Assembly: GCA_030596125.1 (NCBI GenBank) | Contig: JAUVKT010000002.1 | Span: 8,011 to 72,010, forward strand | Reading direction: 5' to 3' | DNA length: 64,000 nucleotides | Origin: Bacteroidales bacterium | GTDB taxonomy: Bacteria > Bacteroidota > Bacteroidia > Bacteroidales > VadinHA17 | Shown: piece after piece, positions 10,095 to 19,554 of the stretch | Position numbering within the stretch: the stretch's first letter is position 1 | How the letters are laid out: the number at the start of each line of letters is the position of its first letter | Position numbers and translations under genes: made by a program | The notes under the pieces: generated by a model | Told to the model about the DNA's origin: nothing | What the model saw: the letters and a program-made list of their open reading frames with translations, nothing else | Database searches by the model: none

Positions 10095-10270
10095 GTAACT
10101 TCGACTATTAGTCAGGTTTAGACTAAACTATTATAACAAGTAAAGAAAACAAAAATTATAAATTGCGACAAATTAATGCCAAAAATTTAGCCAGATCAAG
10201 TATCTCTATATGACTAATGGTAGAAATATACGTATGAACAGCCCGTTTGTTACGATGAGGATGGGAAAAA

Positions 10271-11437
10271 CTATCTCTGTCTGGAGATAGTTTTTAACCA
10301 GCGAGCCGGAATTTCGTTTTCGCCGGCCTTTATATAATCATTATATGAACAGGATATATAGGATTTTATTCCTTTTTTGTTTTCTATTTCGAGCCACCAT
10401 CTGTTGGTTATATTGCTTTTGATAAAAATTATATCTTCTTCAATATCGTTTACTCTGACATGGTACTTAACGAAGCGACCGGAGTTCTCCTTCCCAATGA
10501 TGGTTGATTCATTTTGTTTTTGAACAAATCCTTCAAGAAAGAACCATAAAATCTGTGCGGCGAGGGCACATGTCAGGTTTCTGTTATCAAGCAGTGGGTT
10601 TACCTCGAACAGTCCGAATACTTTCAGGCTATCACTAAGTCCGGCATATCGGGCGAGCAGACAAATTTCTTCGGTATAGAATCCATTTGGCGAAGGAGCG
10701 AATGTTCCCGGGGCATCAGATTGTCTTACCGAAGAGATATCGAGTGTAATAAGTTCCGAATCCCTGAACCGGGGCTCTGTCTCATGCATATCGGATCTTA
10801 CTTCCCCGACTCTTAAAAGTTCATAATTGAGTTTCCTGAATCGGTTAACAGATTGTGGATCATTTAGGTAGGTCTGATAACCTATGTTAATAAAATGAGT
10901 GAGTGAGGTATGCTTATTATAAATAAGATCACCCAGGTAATTAAATGAATCTTTATACTTTTTTTCATTGACAAAATCGATCCGGGAGTCGATTGATGTG
11001 TAGTTGTAGAGTATTTCGCTATCTGAAAATGCTTTACCGATTGCAGGGATAACCGAACTGCTACCTCCTATTATCAGCGCCATGGTCCCTTTTTCGAACA
11101 GGTACAGCAATACATCATTTAATCCTGCCAGGGTATCTTCGAAACCGGGGCCCTTTTTAAGATTTCCGAGATCAACAATTTTTGATTTACCGGGCAGGCG
11201 CGATAATTGATAAAGGGATTCCCTGATTGCATCCGGAGCGCCTGATGATCCTTTGTTGGGAGATCTTCTATCGTCAGGGACACCTATTATAGCAAGTTTT
11301 TCGTCATTGATCTTTTCAACAGGATTGCTGGCTGTATTAATAATAAAGTTATGGGAGATATACGAAGGTTCTGTAAGATGCCCCCATAGAGGTTTGTCGA
11401 TACTAACCGGGTTGAAATAATCTGTAAGGTTCATCAT
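10271..11437 (-). CDS. Arginase/formimidoylglutamase-family protein with apparently degenerate metal-binding motifs
   Basis: The ureohydrolase-fold landmarks IIGVPDDRRS...GAPDAIR and ...LFEVNP are present. The GGDHS, DAHxD and DxDxxDP motifs read GGSSS, DSRID and LDISS (manual alignment). Confidence 0.75.
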   Translation of the reverse strand: MMNLTDYFNPVSIDKPLWGHLTEPSYISHNFIINTASNPVEKINDEKLAIIGVPDDRRSPNKGSSGAPDAIRESLYQLSRLPGKSKIVDLGNLKKGPGFEDTLAGLNDVLLYLFEKGTMALIIGGSSSVIPAIGKAFSDSEILYNYTSIDSRIDFVNEKKYKDSFNYLGDLIYNKHTSLTHFINIGYQTYLNDPQSVNRFRKLNYELLRVGEVRSDMHETEPRFRDSELITLDISSVRQSDAPGTFAPSPNGFYTEEICLLARYAGLSDSLKVFGLFEVNPLLDNRNLTCALAAQILWFFLEGFVQKQNESTIIGKENSGRFVKYHVRVNDIEEDIIFIKSNITNRWWLEIENKKGIKSYISCSYNDYIKAGENEIPARWLKTISRQR

Positions 11438-11448
11438 ATTGAGGTCGG

Positions 11449-13752
11449 CTATTTTTTCTTTTTTCCTGCACCCTTCTCAATCAATTTAATGCATTCCTCC
11501 TGGGTGAGAGTCGCAGGGTCGGTGCTTTTTGGGATTTTGAAGTTCTTTTTCTGGTAAGAAATATATGGTCCGTATCTGCCATTAAGAACTGAAATTTCAC
11601 CAAATGTGTTGATTATCTTATTTTTATCACCTTCTCTCTTTTCTTCAATCAGTTCTATGGCCCTGTCTTTTGTGATTAAATGAGGATCATCGATTCCCTT
11701 TTTTAGAGAGACGAACTTATTATCATGTTTAATATAGGGTCCGAACCTGCCTAAACCGACTGTTAATATTTTGCCTTCAAATTCTCCAATATCGCGAGGC
11801 AGGGAGAATAGATTCAGGGCTTCCTCCAGGGTTATGGTTTCAATTAACTGGTCTTTAAGCAGGCTTGAGAATTTTGGTTTGGAATCTTCCGATGTTTCAC
11901 CGATTTGAGCCATTGGTCCGAACCGGCCTATGCGTACATATACGGGTTCACCTGTGGCAGGGTCATTACCAAGATGTCTGGCTCCTGTTTTCCTTTCACT
12001 CTGTTTTAATGTTTCTTCAACCTTTTCATGGAAGGGGGAGTAAAACTCTTTCAGCATATCTGTCCAGATAAGTTTACCTTCTGCAATCAGATCAAACCGT
12101 TTCTCAACATTTGCAGTGAAGTGGTAATCTATTATATTACTGAAATTATCGACAAGAAAATCATTTACTATCATTCCAATATCACCGGGAAAAAGTTTTG
12201 CTTTTTCGATTCCGGCTATCTCCTTTTTATCTGATGATATTTTGCAGTCGGATGAGAGAGTAACGATTCTGATTGTACGTTTGACACCAGGGCGATCTTC
12301 ACGGGCAACATATCCCCTGTTCTGGATTGTAGAAATAACAGGTGCATATGTTGATGGTCTGCCAATACCAAGTTCTTCCATCTTTTTAACCAGACTTGCT
12401 TCGGTATATCGTGGAGGTGAAGAGGTGAATTTCTCAGTGGCCGTGATCCTGATATGTTTTAGATTCATTCCTTTGGAGAGAGGAGGGATTACCGCACTTT
12501 TACCATTTGTTCCGTTATCGGATGATTCTCTGTAAACTTTCAGAAAGCCATCGAATTTAATCACTTCACCCTGGGCATAAAAGTCTGTATCGGAATTAGA
12601 CATCCCTATTGTAATGGTTGTTTTTTCAATAGTGGCATTACTCATCTGCGAGGCAATGGTTCTCTTCCAGATAAGTTCGTACAGTCGTTTTTCCTGGCTG
12701 GGTCTGCTTACGGTTTTATTGCTAAGGTATGTTGGTCTGATAGCTTCGTGAGCCTCCTGAGCTCCTTTTGATTTGGTTTTGAATTGTCTTGCCTTTGAGT
12801 ACTTTTCGCCATATTCGGTACCGATAACCGATGAGGCCGTATTAATAGCCAGTTGAGAAAGATTTGTAGAATCAGTTCTCATATAGGTAATCTCCCCGGC
12901 TTCATATAATTTCTGGGCAACTGACATTGTACGGGAAACAGAAAACCCCAGTTTACGATATGCTTCCTGCTGAAGAGTGGATGTTGTAAATGGAGCAGCA
13001 GGCGATTTTGTCCCGGGTTTGACGGTTATGTTGTTGACTGTAAAAGTTGCCTGGCAGCAAAGATTCAGAAATTCTTCAGCATCCTGCTCTTTTTGATATT
13101 TCCGGGAGGTCTCGGCAGTTAGTTTGCCATCAGACTTGTCGATGGAGGTAAAGGCAAACTCTCCCTGAACCCTGAAAGATGAAGAGGCCTTAAACGAAAT
13201 TATTTCACGTTCTCTTTCAACGACCAGACGAAGAGCGACCGATTGTACTCTGCCTGCAGAGAGGGCGGGTTGAACTTTCCTCCAGAGTATGGGGGATATT
13301 TCAAAACCAACCAGCCTGTCAAGCACACGGCGGGCCTGTTGTGCATTAACCAGGTTTATATTTACACTGCGTGGATTATTAACGGCCTTCTCTATCGCCT
13401 CTTTGGTAATTTCATGAAAAACGATCCTCCGGGTACTGTTTTCTGTTAGTTTCAGCACCTCCATCAGGTGCCAGGCAATAGCTTCTCCCTCACGATCTTC
13501 ATCGGAAGCAAGCCAGATCATTGAACTCTCCTTTACATGTTTTTTTAGTTCCGAAACTACTTTCTTCTTATCATCGGAGATAATATATTGCGGGATGAAC
13601 CCGTTCTCAATATCAATACCAATATTCTTTTTTGAAAGATCGCGTATATGGCCAAAGCTGGACACAACTTTAAAATCCTTACCAAGAAATTTCTCAATTG
13701 TTTTTGCTTTTGCCGGCGACTCAACGATAACCAGGTTTCCACTCATATCCAT
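11449..13752 (-). CDS. topA: DNA topoisomerase I
   Basis: Toprim N-terminus LVIVESPAKAKTIEKFLG and the catalytic-Tyr region ITYMRTDS. 767 aa with repeated C-terminal RFGPY domains. Confidence 0.97.
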   Translation of the reverse strand: MDMSGNLVIVESPAKAKTIEKFLGKDFKVVSSFGHIRDLSKKNIGIDIENGFIPQYIISDDKKKVVSELKKHVKESSMIWLASDEDREGEAIAWHLMEVLKLTENSTRRIVFHEITKEAIEKAVNNPRSVNINLVNAQQARRVLDRLVGFEISPILWRKVQPALSAGRVQSVALRLVVEREREIISFKASSSFRVQGEFAFTSIDKSDGKLTAETSRKYQKEQDAEEFLNLCCQATFTVNNITVKPGTKSPAAPFTTSTLQQEAYRKLGFSVSRTMSVAQKLYEAGEITYMRTDSTNLSQLAINTASSVIGTEYGEKYSKARQFKTKSKGAQEAHEAIRPTYLSNKTVSRPSQEKRLYELIWKRTIASQMSNATIEKTTITIGMSNSDTDFYAQGEVIKFDGFLKVYRESSDNGTNGKSAVIPPLSKGMNLKHIRITATEKFTSSPPRYTEASLVKKMEELGIGRPSTYAPVISTIQNRGYVAREDRPGVKRTIRIVTLSSDCKISSDKKEIAGIEKAKLFPGDIGMIVNDFLVDNFSNIIDYHFTANVEKRFDLIAEGKLIWTDMLKEFYSPFHEKVEETLKQSERKTGARHLGNDPATGEPVYVRIGRFGPMAQIGETSEDSKPKFSSLLKDQLIETITLEEALNLFSLPRDIGEFEGKILTVGLGRFGPYIKHDNKFVSLKKGIDDPHLITKDRAIELIEEKREGDKNKIINTFGEISVLNGRYGPYISYQKKNFKIPKSTDPATLTQEECIKLIEKGAGKKKK

Positions 13753-13844
13753 CTAAATTGTATTCCACAAAATGCTCGACAAAGAAAAGCATTTATGTAT
13801 CTAAGTTCAAAATTCTCTCCGATAATTTTTTAATTTATATTTAC

Positions 13845-13852
13845 TATTTTTG
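13845..13852 (+). promoter_or_regulatory. Candidate Bacteroidota -7 promoter box (TAnnTTTG) for the PBP1A gene
   Basis: TATTTTTG lies 21 nt upstream of ATG 13873. I saw no clear -33 TTTG. Confidence 0.3.
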
Positions 13853-13872
13853 AAGCAAAGATCATTTTTACT

Positions 13873-16239
13873 ATGATAAAAAAGAAGAATGTTTATACTA
13901 AATATGTGAGGTGGTTCTGGGTAATATTTACAGCTCCTTTTATCCTGGCAATCACCTTGTTTATACTGATATCAAGTGAGGTTTTTGGCCCGATGCCTTC
14001 CTTCGAAGAGCTTGAAAATCCGGAGAATAATCTTGCCGCCGAGGTTTATTCGTGTGATGGTGTCTTACTGGGGAAATTTTATCTGCAAAACAGGAGCTGG
14101 ACCAATTATGAAGATATTTCACCTTATGTTATAGATGCTCTGATTGCTACCGAAGATATCAGGTTTTACCGTCATTCAGGTATTGATGTACGGGGTCTTG
14201 CCAGGGTTTTGTTTAAGTCGATACTTATGGGTCGCAATACCGGAGGCGGAAGTACGATCTCTCAACAGCTTGCCAAGAATCTTTATAACACCAGGGCCCA
14301 AATGATGGGTAAGACCGGACGCAGAGGCCCTGTTTACCTGGGAATAGCCAAATTTAAGGAGTGGGCAACAGCGGTGAGGCTGGAAAGGAATTATACCAAA
14401 GAGGAGATTATTGCAATGTATCTTAATGTTTATGATTTTCTCTATACTGCAGTTGGTATAAGATCTGCATCGCAGGTATATTTCAATACAACACCCGATT
14501 CTCTGTCGATTGAACAGTCGGCTATGTTTGTAGGGATGCTTAAAAATTCAGCACTTTATAATCCAAAACGTTTCCCTGAAATGATGCTTGATCGCAGAAA
14601 CCTGGTATTGTCGCAGATGACCAAGTATGGTTATCTCGATCAGGAAGTGGCCGATTCAGTGTTACACCTGCCGATAGAGCTTGATTTTAAGGAGCAGAGT
14701 CATGATGTTGGTCTTGCTACCTATTTAAGAGCTTATATCCAGAAAACGATGATTGCTTATGAGCCGGACAGGGACGACTTTATGTTTACCCAGGATTTTG
14801 AAGATGAATTAAGGGAGTGGGAAAACAATCAATTATACGGATGGTGTCGCAGAAACAAGAAACCTGATGGTTCAAACTACAATCTGTATAAGGATGGATT
14901 GAAGATCTATACAACCATTGATTCACGAATGCAACAGTATGCTGAAGAATCTATGGCAGAGCATCTGACTAACGGCCTTCAGCCTGATTTTGACCGCCAT
15001 GCCGAAAGTTTCAGGAGACCTCCTTTCAGTGATGACCTGAAGGCTAAGGATATTAAGAGGATTATGGAGACAGCGATCCGGAGAACCGACAGGTACGGGG
15101 CGCTTGTAAGAGCAGGCAAATCGGAGGATTCCATAAGAATAATCTTCAATAACCCTGTTCCGATGAAATTATATACTCAGGCTGGAGATGTAGATACTCT
15201 TTTGAGTCCGTATGACTCGGTTTATTATTATAAGCATATCATCAGATCAGGCATGATGGCGATGAACCCTCATACCGGACATATAAAAGTATATGTTGGC
15301 GGGCCTGATTTTCGTTATTTTAAGTATGATGCGGTAAGTCAGCAACGTAAACAGGTTGGATCTACCATCAAGCCATTTTTATATACTCTTGCCATGCAGG
15401 ACGGATATTCACCATGTTACGAAGTTGAGAATATTCCAAGGAAATTCATTATTCCGGGCGATACGGTTCCATGGTCACCACGTAGTTCAGGTCCAAGAAA
15501 TTACCACGGTAAAATGGTTACACTGAAGTGGGGGTTAGCTAAATCGGAGAACTATATTTCGGCATGGTTGATGAAACAGTTTGCCCCACAAGCAGTTGTT
15601 GATATGATGGGCCGTATGGGGATCAATATCCAGCCTGAATATGTGGAGCCTGTTCCATCTATTTTTCTTGGTACCGGAATTGTTACACTCAAAGAGATGG
15701 TTGGAGCGTTCTCCACTTTTGCAAATAAAGGTGTATATACCGAACCAATAGTTGTCAGCCACATAGAAGATAGGAATGGTAATGTAATAGACATATTTAC
15801 GCCCCGTATCGAAGAGGTTATGAGTGAGGAGCATGCATACCTGATGGTTAACCTTCTGCAGGGTGTGGTAAACAGAGGGACAGCTGTAAGGCTAAGAAGT
15901 GTTTACCAGCTTCATAGTGAGATTGGAGCAAAGACAGGTACGACACAAAATCATTCTAATGGATGGTTTATGGGAGTTACCCCCAATCTTGTAGGCGGAG
16001 TATGGACGGGATGGGAAGACCAGGGTATTCACTTTGAAAATATTACCCTGGGCCAGGGCTCAAATATGGCATTGCCGGTATTTGGCCTCTTTCTTCAAAA
16101 ACTGTATGCTGATCCGGAGCTGGGAATAATGGAGGCTGATGTTTTTGAGGAACCGGCAGGATTTGATATGGAACTCGATTGCGATAAGGTAAGAAGCGAA
16201 AAATCCGCCAGGAACAGGTATGATATAGAGGGGTTTTAG
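13873..16239 (+). CDS. mrcA: Penicillin-binding protein 1A (bifunctional glycosyltransferase/transpeptidase)
   Basis: GT51 motifs EDIRFYRHSGID and GGSTISQQLAKN. Transpeptidase motifs are SxxK (GSTIKPF) and KTG (AKTGTT). It has an N-terminal TM anchor. Confidence 0.95.
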   Translation: MIKKKNVYTKYVRWFWVIFTAPFILAITLFILISSEVFGPMPSFEELENPENNLAAEVYSCDGVLLGKFYLQNRSWTNYEDISPYVIDALIATEDIRFYRHSGIDVRGLARVLFKSILMGRNTGGGSTISQQLAKNLYNTRAQMMGKTGRRGPVYLGIAKFKEWATAVRLERNYTKEEIIAMYLNVYDFLYTAVGIRSASQVYFNTTPDSLSIEQSAMFVGMLKNSALYNPKRFPEMMLDRRNLVLSQMTKYGYLDQEVADSVLHLPIELDFKEQSHDVGLATYLRAYIQKTMIAYEPDRDDFMFTQDFEDELREWENNQLYGWCRRNKKPDGSNYNLYKDGLKIYTTIDSRMQQYAEESMAEHLTNGLQPDFDRHAESFRRPPFSDDLKAKDIKRIMETAIRRTDRYGALVRAGKSEDSIRIIFNNPVPMKLYTQAGDVDTLLSPYDSVYYYKHIIRSGMMAMNPHTGHIKVYVGGPDFRYFKYDAVSQQRKQVGSTIKPFLYTLAMQDGYSPCYEVENIPRKFIIPGDTVPWSPRSSGPRNYHGKMVTLKWGLAKSENYISAWLMKQFAPQAVVDMMGRMGINIQPEYVEPVPSIFLGTGIVTLKEMVGAFSTFANKGVYTEPIVVSHIEDRNGNVIDIFTPRIEEVMSEEHAYLMVNLLQGVVNRGTAVRLRSVYQLHSEIGAKTGTTQNHSNGWFMGVTPNLVGGVWTGWEDQGIHFENITLGQGSNMALPVFGLFLQKLYADPELGIMEADVFEEPAGFDMELDCDKVRSEKSARNRYDIEGF

Positions 16240-16520
16240 GAGAAGAAGTGCCTAAAGTTAAAAGTGCCTAAAGTGAGCTAAAGTTGAAGAGAAGAAGTGA
16301 CTAAAGTGCCTAAAGTTAAAAGTGCCTAAAGTTGAGGAGAAGAAGTGACTAAAGTTAAAAGTGCCTAAAGTGAGCTAAAGTTGAGGAGAAGAAGTGACTA
16401 AAGTGCCTAAAGTTGAGGAGAAGAAGTGACTAAAGTTAAAAGTGCCTAAAGTGAGCTAAAGTTGAGGAGAAGAAGTGACTAAAGTTAAAAGTGCCTAAAG
16501 TGAGCTAAAGTTGGGGAGAA
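16240..16520 (+). repeat. Modular tandem-repeat array A (281 bp)
   Basis: Modules are C=GTGCCTAAA, D=GTGACTAAA, S=GTGAGCTAAA, K=GTTAAAA and E=GTTGAGGAGAAGAA. The order is (E')CKCS EDCKC EDKCS EDC EDKCS EDKCS E''. The array starts one nt after the PBP1A stop and ends 28 nt before ATG 16549. Confidence 0.95.
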
Positions 16521-16548
16521 GTTATACACTACTTTGAAAGACACACAA

Positions 16549-18000
16549 ATGAAAAAAATACATATCATATTTATAATTAGTATTCTAATATCTTCTTGCA
16601 CAAAGGAAAAGTATTATGACACGGTAGTTGTAGGTGAAATAATTAACGTTGATTCTGGCCAAGTTTTTAGCACTTCACCCTCTAATGGCTTTTCCTACAT
16701 CGGATTTAGGGATACAATTCAACTTGACTCTACTGGCATATTTAAGATTAACTGTAAGATTAAAGAACCCGGCCTTATCCAATTTTATTATAAGAAATTA
16801 TATACTTTCTACGTCAATCCAGGGGACTCAATTAAGGTCAAAATAATGCCTTCCGGGCTTGAAGTCAGTGGAGATAATGGAACTGGTAATAAATTTTTAA
16901 ATACATTAAATCGACCATTTTATGCACAGACTGATGCAATTCAGTTTTTTGGGGACACCCTTATGTCAAGCCTGTTACCTAAAATAGATGGACGGAATAA
17001 TAAGGAAATAATACATCTTGACAGTTTAAATGGAATAGAACAAATCAACAAAGACTTCTATTCATTCATCAATGAAGACATTAATACATATTATTCGAAT
17101 CTACTTTCTGAAATAGCATCTTTATATTACTTTAAATCATTTCGTGAAAAATCTGGAGAAATTCGTATCCCAAGCTCTATAGATTCTCTTTGGAAAAGCC
17201 TGTATGAAACTAAGGATATTAGCTTTACTTCATCAGTATATTCAAACTGGTGGTATGACTATACATTGAACTACTTGCTTAATTTCATTGACTATACAAA
17301 TGACGAAGGTAATAGTGATATTCAACATCTTAAAGTATTAGAAAGAGCAATGAAAAGACTTGACGCAAATGATCTTGAGGTGTTCTTAGCTAGATACATA
17401 CATATATTTGCCAGACAGAATAAACTTGAGAAGGAACTAATTACTATGTATCAAGAATTCAAAACTCGATTCCCGAAAAGCCCTTTCATTAACTTTCTCA
17501 CGCCTGAGATAAATAAGATAACCACATTCTATGAAAATCTTTCAAACAAAGACCCGGAAATAATCATGATTCCAGGTTATGAAGGTATTAACACCCTAAC
17601 TGATATAAAGGATCAATTCACGGATAATATTATTTATATCGATATCTGGGCTACATGGTGTGGATCATGTTTGGAGGAGTTTGGACACTACACCACCATA
17701 TTAGAGAAATATGAAAACTCTAATATCAAGTTTGTATTTCTTTCCATAGATCGGTCAAACATGAAGGAGAAGTGGTTAGATGTAATTGAAGGATATGAAT
17801 TAAAAGGTTATCATATTCTTGCAAATGCACAATTACAATCTCATTTGCATAACCTATTCAATAACTCTGAAGGAGAATATTTTATTCCCAGATATGTATT
17901 AATTGGATCAGATGGTAAAATAATCAGTGACTCTGCTAAAAGGCCAAGTGATGGCAAGGAATTATTTGATCAACTAGATTCCGCATTATCTGATTTATAA
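16549..18000 (+). CDS. Thioredoxin-fold (TlpA/ResA-like) lipoprotein with a long N-terminal domain
   Basis: Lipoprotein signal MKKIHIIFIISILISSC and CxxC motif WATWCGSC in a C-terminal thioredoxin-like domain. ORF 16534 starts at TTG, so I prefer ATG 16549. Confidence 0.85.
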   Translation: MKKIHIIFIISILISSCTKEKYYDTVVVGEIINVDSGQVFSTSPSNGFSYIGFRDTIQLDSTGIFKINCKIKEPGLIQFYYKKLYTFYVNPGDSIKVKIMPSGLEVSGDNGTGNKFLNTLNRPFYAQTDAIQFFGDTLMSSLLPKIDGRNNKEIIHLDSLNGIEQINKDFYSFINEDINTYYSNLLSEIASLYYFKSFREKSGEIRIPSSIDSLWKSLYETKDISFTSSVYSNWWYDYTLNYLLNFIDYTNDEGNSDIQHLKVLERAMKRLDANDLEVFLARYIHIFARQNKLEKELITMYQEFKTRFPKSPFINFLTPEINKITTFYENLSNKDPEIIMIPGYEGINTLTDIKDQFTDNIIYIDIWATWCGSCLEEFGHYTTILEKYENSNIKFVFLSIDRSNMKEKWLDVIEGYELKGYHILANAQLQSHLHNLFNNSEGEYFIPRYVLIGSDGKIISDSAKRPSDGKELFDQLDSALSDL

Positions 18001-18015
18001 TAAAATAGCTGTATC

Positions 18016-18197
18016 GTTAAAAGTGCCTAAAGTGCCTAAAGTTGGGGAGAAGAAGTGCCTAAAGTTGGGGAGAAGAAGTGACTAAAGTTGGGGAGAAGAA
18101 GTGACTAAAGTTGGGGAGAAGAAGTGACTAAAGTTAAAAGTGCCTAAAGCTTAAAGACTGAGGACTGAAGGCTGATGACTGAAGACTGATGACTGAA
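18016..18197 (+). repeat. Modular tandem-repeat array B (182 bp) ending in a GACTGA-type microsatellite
   Basis: The order is K C C, then 4 x (GTTGGGGAGAAGAA + GTGCCTAAA/GTGACTAAA), then K C. It ends with GCTTAAA GACTGAG GACTGAAG GCTGAT GACTGAA GACTGAT GACTGAA. The array ends 1 nt before the radA stop codon (18199-18201). Confidence 0.95.
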
Positions 18198-18198
18198 A

Positions 18199-19554
18199 TT
18201 ATCCAAAAAGCTTCTTCACAAGATCTTCTACCTTGCCGGTTTCCACAATATCGATATTGGGTTTTCCGATATCAACCTTCCGGTTATACTTAGAAATAAA
18301 AATTTTATCAAAACCCAGCTTGCCGGCTTCTTTAATTCGCTGGTTGATATGACTTACCGGCCTTATTTCTCCACTTAATCCGGTTTCTCCGGCGAAGCAA
18401 AGTTTTTTACTTATGGGGATATCGAGGTTGGAGGAGAGAACGGCACTGATTACCGACATATCAATAGCCGGATCGGTTACTTTTAATCCGCCTGCTATGT
18501 TGAGGAAAACATCTTTTATCCCGAGCCTGAATCCGGCCCTCTTTTCAAGAACCGCAAGCAGCATATTAAGCCTTTTGATATCAAAACCGGTAGAGCTTCT
18601 TTGAGGAGTTCCATATACGGCGCTGCTGACAAGAGACTGTGTTTCGATCATAAACGGACGATTGCCATCGATGGTTGCGGCGATTGCGATGCCACTGAGA
18701 TCTTCATTATGCTGATTGATAAACATCTCACTAGGGTTTGACACCTCTCTTAATCCGTTTGACAGCATTTCATATATACCCAGTTCGTTGGTTGAGCCAA
18801 ACCTGTTCTTAACGGCTCTTAGTATTCTGTATATATAATTATTATCACCTTCAAATTGCAGTACTACATCAACAATGTGTTCCAGGATCTTCGGGCCTGC
18901 AAGATTTCCGTCTTTGGTAATATGTCCGATTATAAGCACAGGAATCCCTGTCTGTTTGGCATATTTAAGTAATAGAACCGCACTCTCCCTTACCTGGGAT
19001 ATTGAGCCTGCTGATGATTCTATAGTTGAGGTATTTATTGTTTGAATACTATCAATAATCAGTATAGCAGGTTTAATCTTTTCTGATTGGTTAAGTATAT
19101 TCTCGAGGGATGTTTCGTTGTAAATATAACAGGAGTCATTGCTATCCTTTAGCCGGTCAGATCGTAGCCTGATCTGCTCCCCGCTCTCTTCACCCGAGAC
19201 ATACAGTACTTTGTTGCCATCCATTTTCATGGCAAGCTGGAGGGCAAGTGTTGATTTTCCTATTCCTGGTTCGCCGCCAAAGAGAATAAGTGACCCTGGC
19301 ACCAGGCCTCCTCCAAGTATCCTGTCAATCTCTTTTAGTCCGGTTATTATTCTTCTTTTATTTGAGGAGGTGATCTCACTTATCAGTTCAGGCCGGGAAG
19401 GTGTGTCTGTGAATGAGACTGTCTCTTTTTTTGTTTTGACGAAGATCTCCTCAACATATGTGTTCCACTCACCACACGAAGGACACCGGCCAATCCATTT
19501 TGATGAATCAGCACCACAATTGGCACACATATATACTGTCTTGCTTTTAGCCAT
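18199..19554 (-). CDS. radA: DNA repair protein RadA
   Basis: Zn ribbon CANCGADSSKWIGRCPSCGEWN, Walker A GEPGIGKST, the KNRFG motif and a Lon-protease-like C-terminal domain. Confidence 0.97.
   Translation of the reverse strand: MAKSKTVYMCANCGADSSKWIGRCPSCGEWNTYVEEIFVKTKKETVSFTDTPSRPELISEITSSNKRRIITGLKEIDRILGGGLVPGSLILFGGEPGIGKSTLALQLAMKMDGNKVLYVSGEESGEQIRLRSDRLKDSNDSCYIYNETSLENILNQSEKIKPAILIIDSIQTINTSTIESSAGSISQVRESAVLLLKYAKQTGIPVLIIGHITKDGNLAGPKILEHIVDVVLQFEGDNNYIYRILRAVKNRFGSTNELGIYEMLSNGLREVSNPSEMFINQHNEDLSGIAIAATIDGNRPFMIETQSLVSSAVYGTPQRSSTGFDIKRLNMLLAVLEKRAGFRLGIKDVFLNIAGGLKVTDPAIDMSVISAVLSSNLDIPISKKLCFAGETGLSGEIRPVSHINQRIKEAGKLGFDKIFISKYNRKVDIGKPNIDIVETGKVEDLVKKLFG

Noticed and set aside
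10095-10270. Promoter boxes for the porP-gldKLMN operon.
   Set aside because: On the minus strand I found only approximate matches (TAATTTTTG, TAAATTTTTG) to TAnnTTTG, with the wrong spacing of the T-run. That is not good enough to annotate without TSS data.
16240-18197. Possible CRISPR array, given the regularly repeated short sequences on both sides of a gene.
   Set aside because: The units are 7-14 nt and directly abut each other with no unique 25-40 nt spacers. No cas genes are in the window. These are micro/minisatellite-type tandem repeats.
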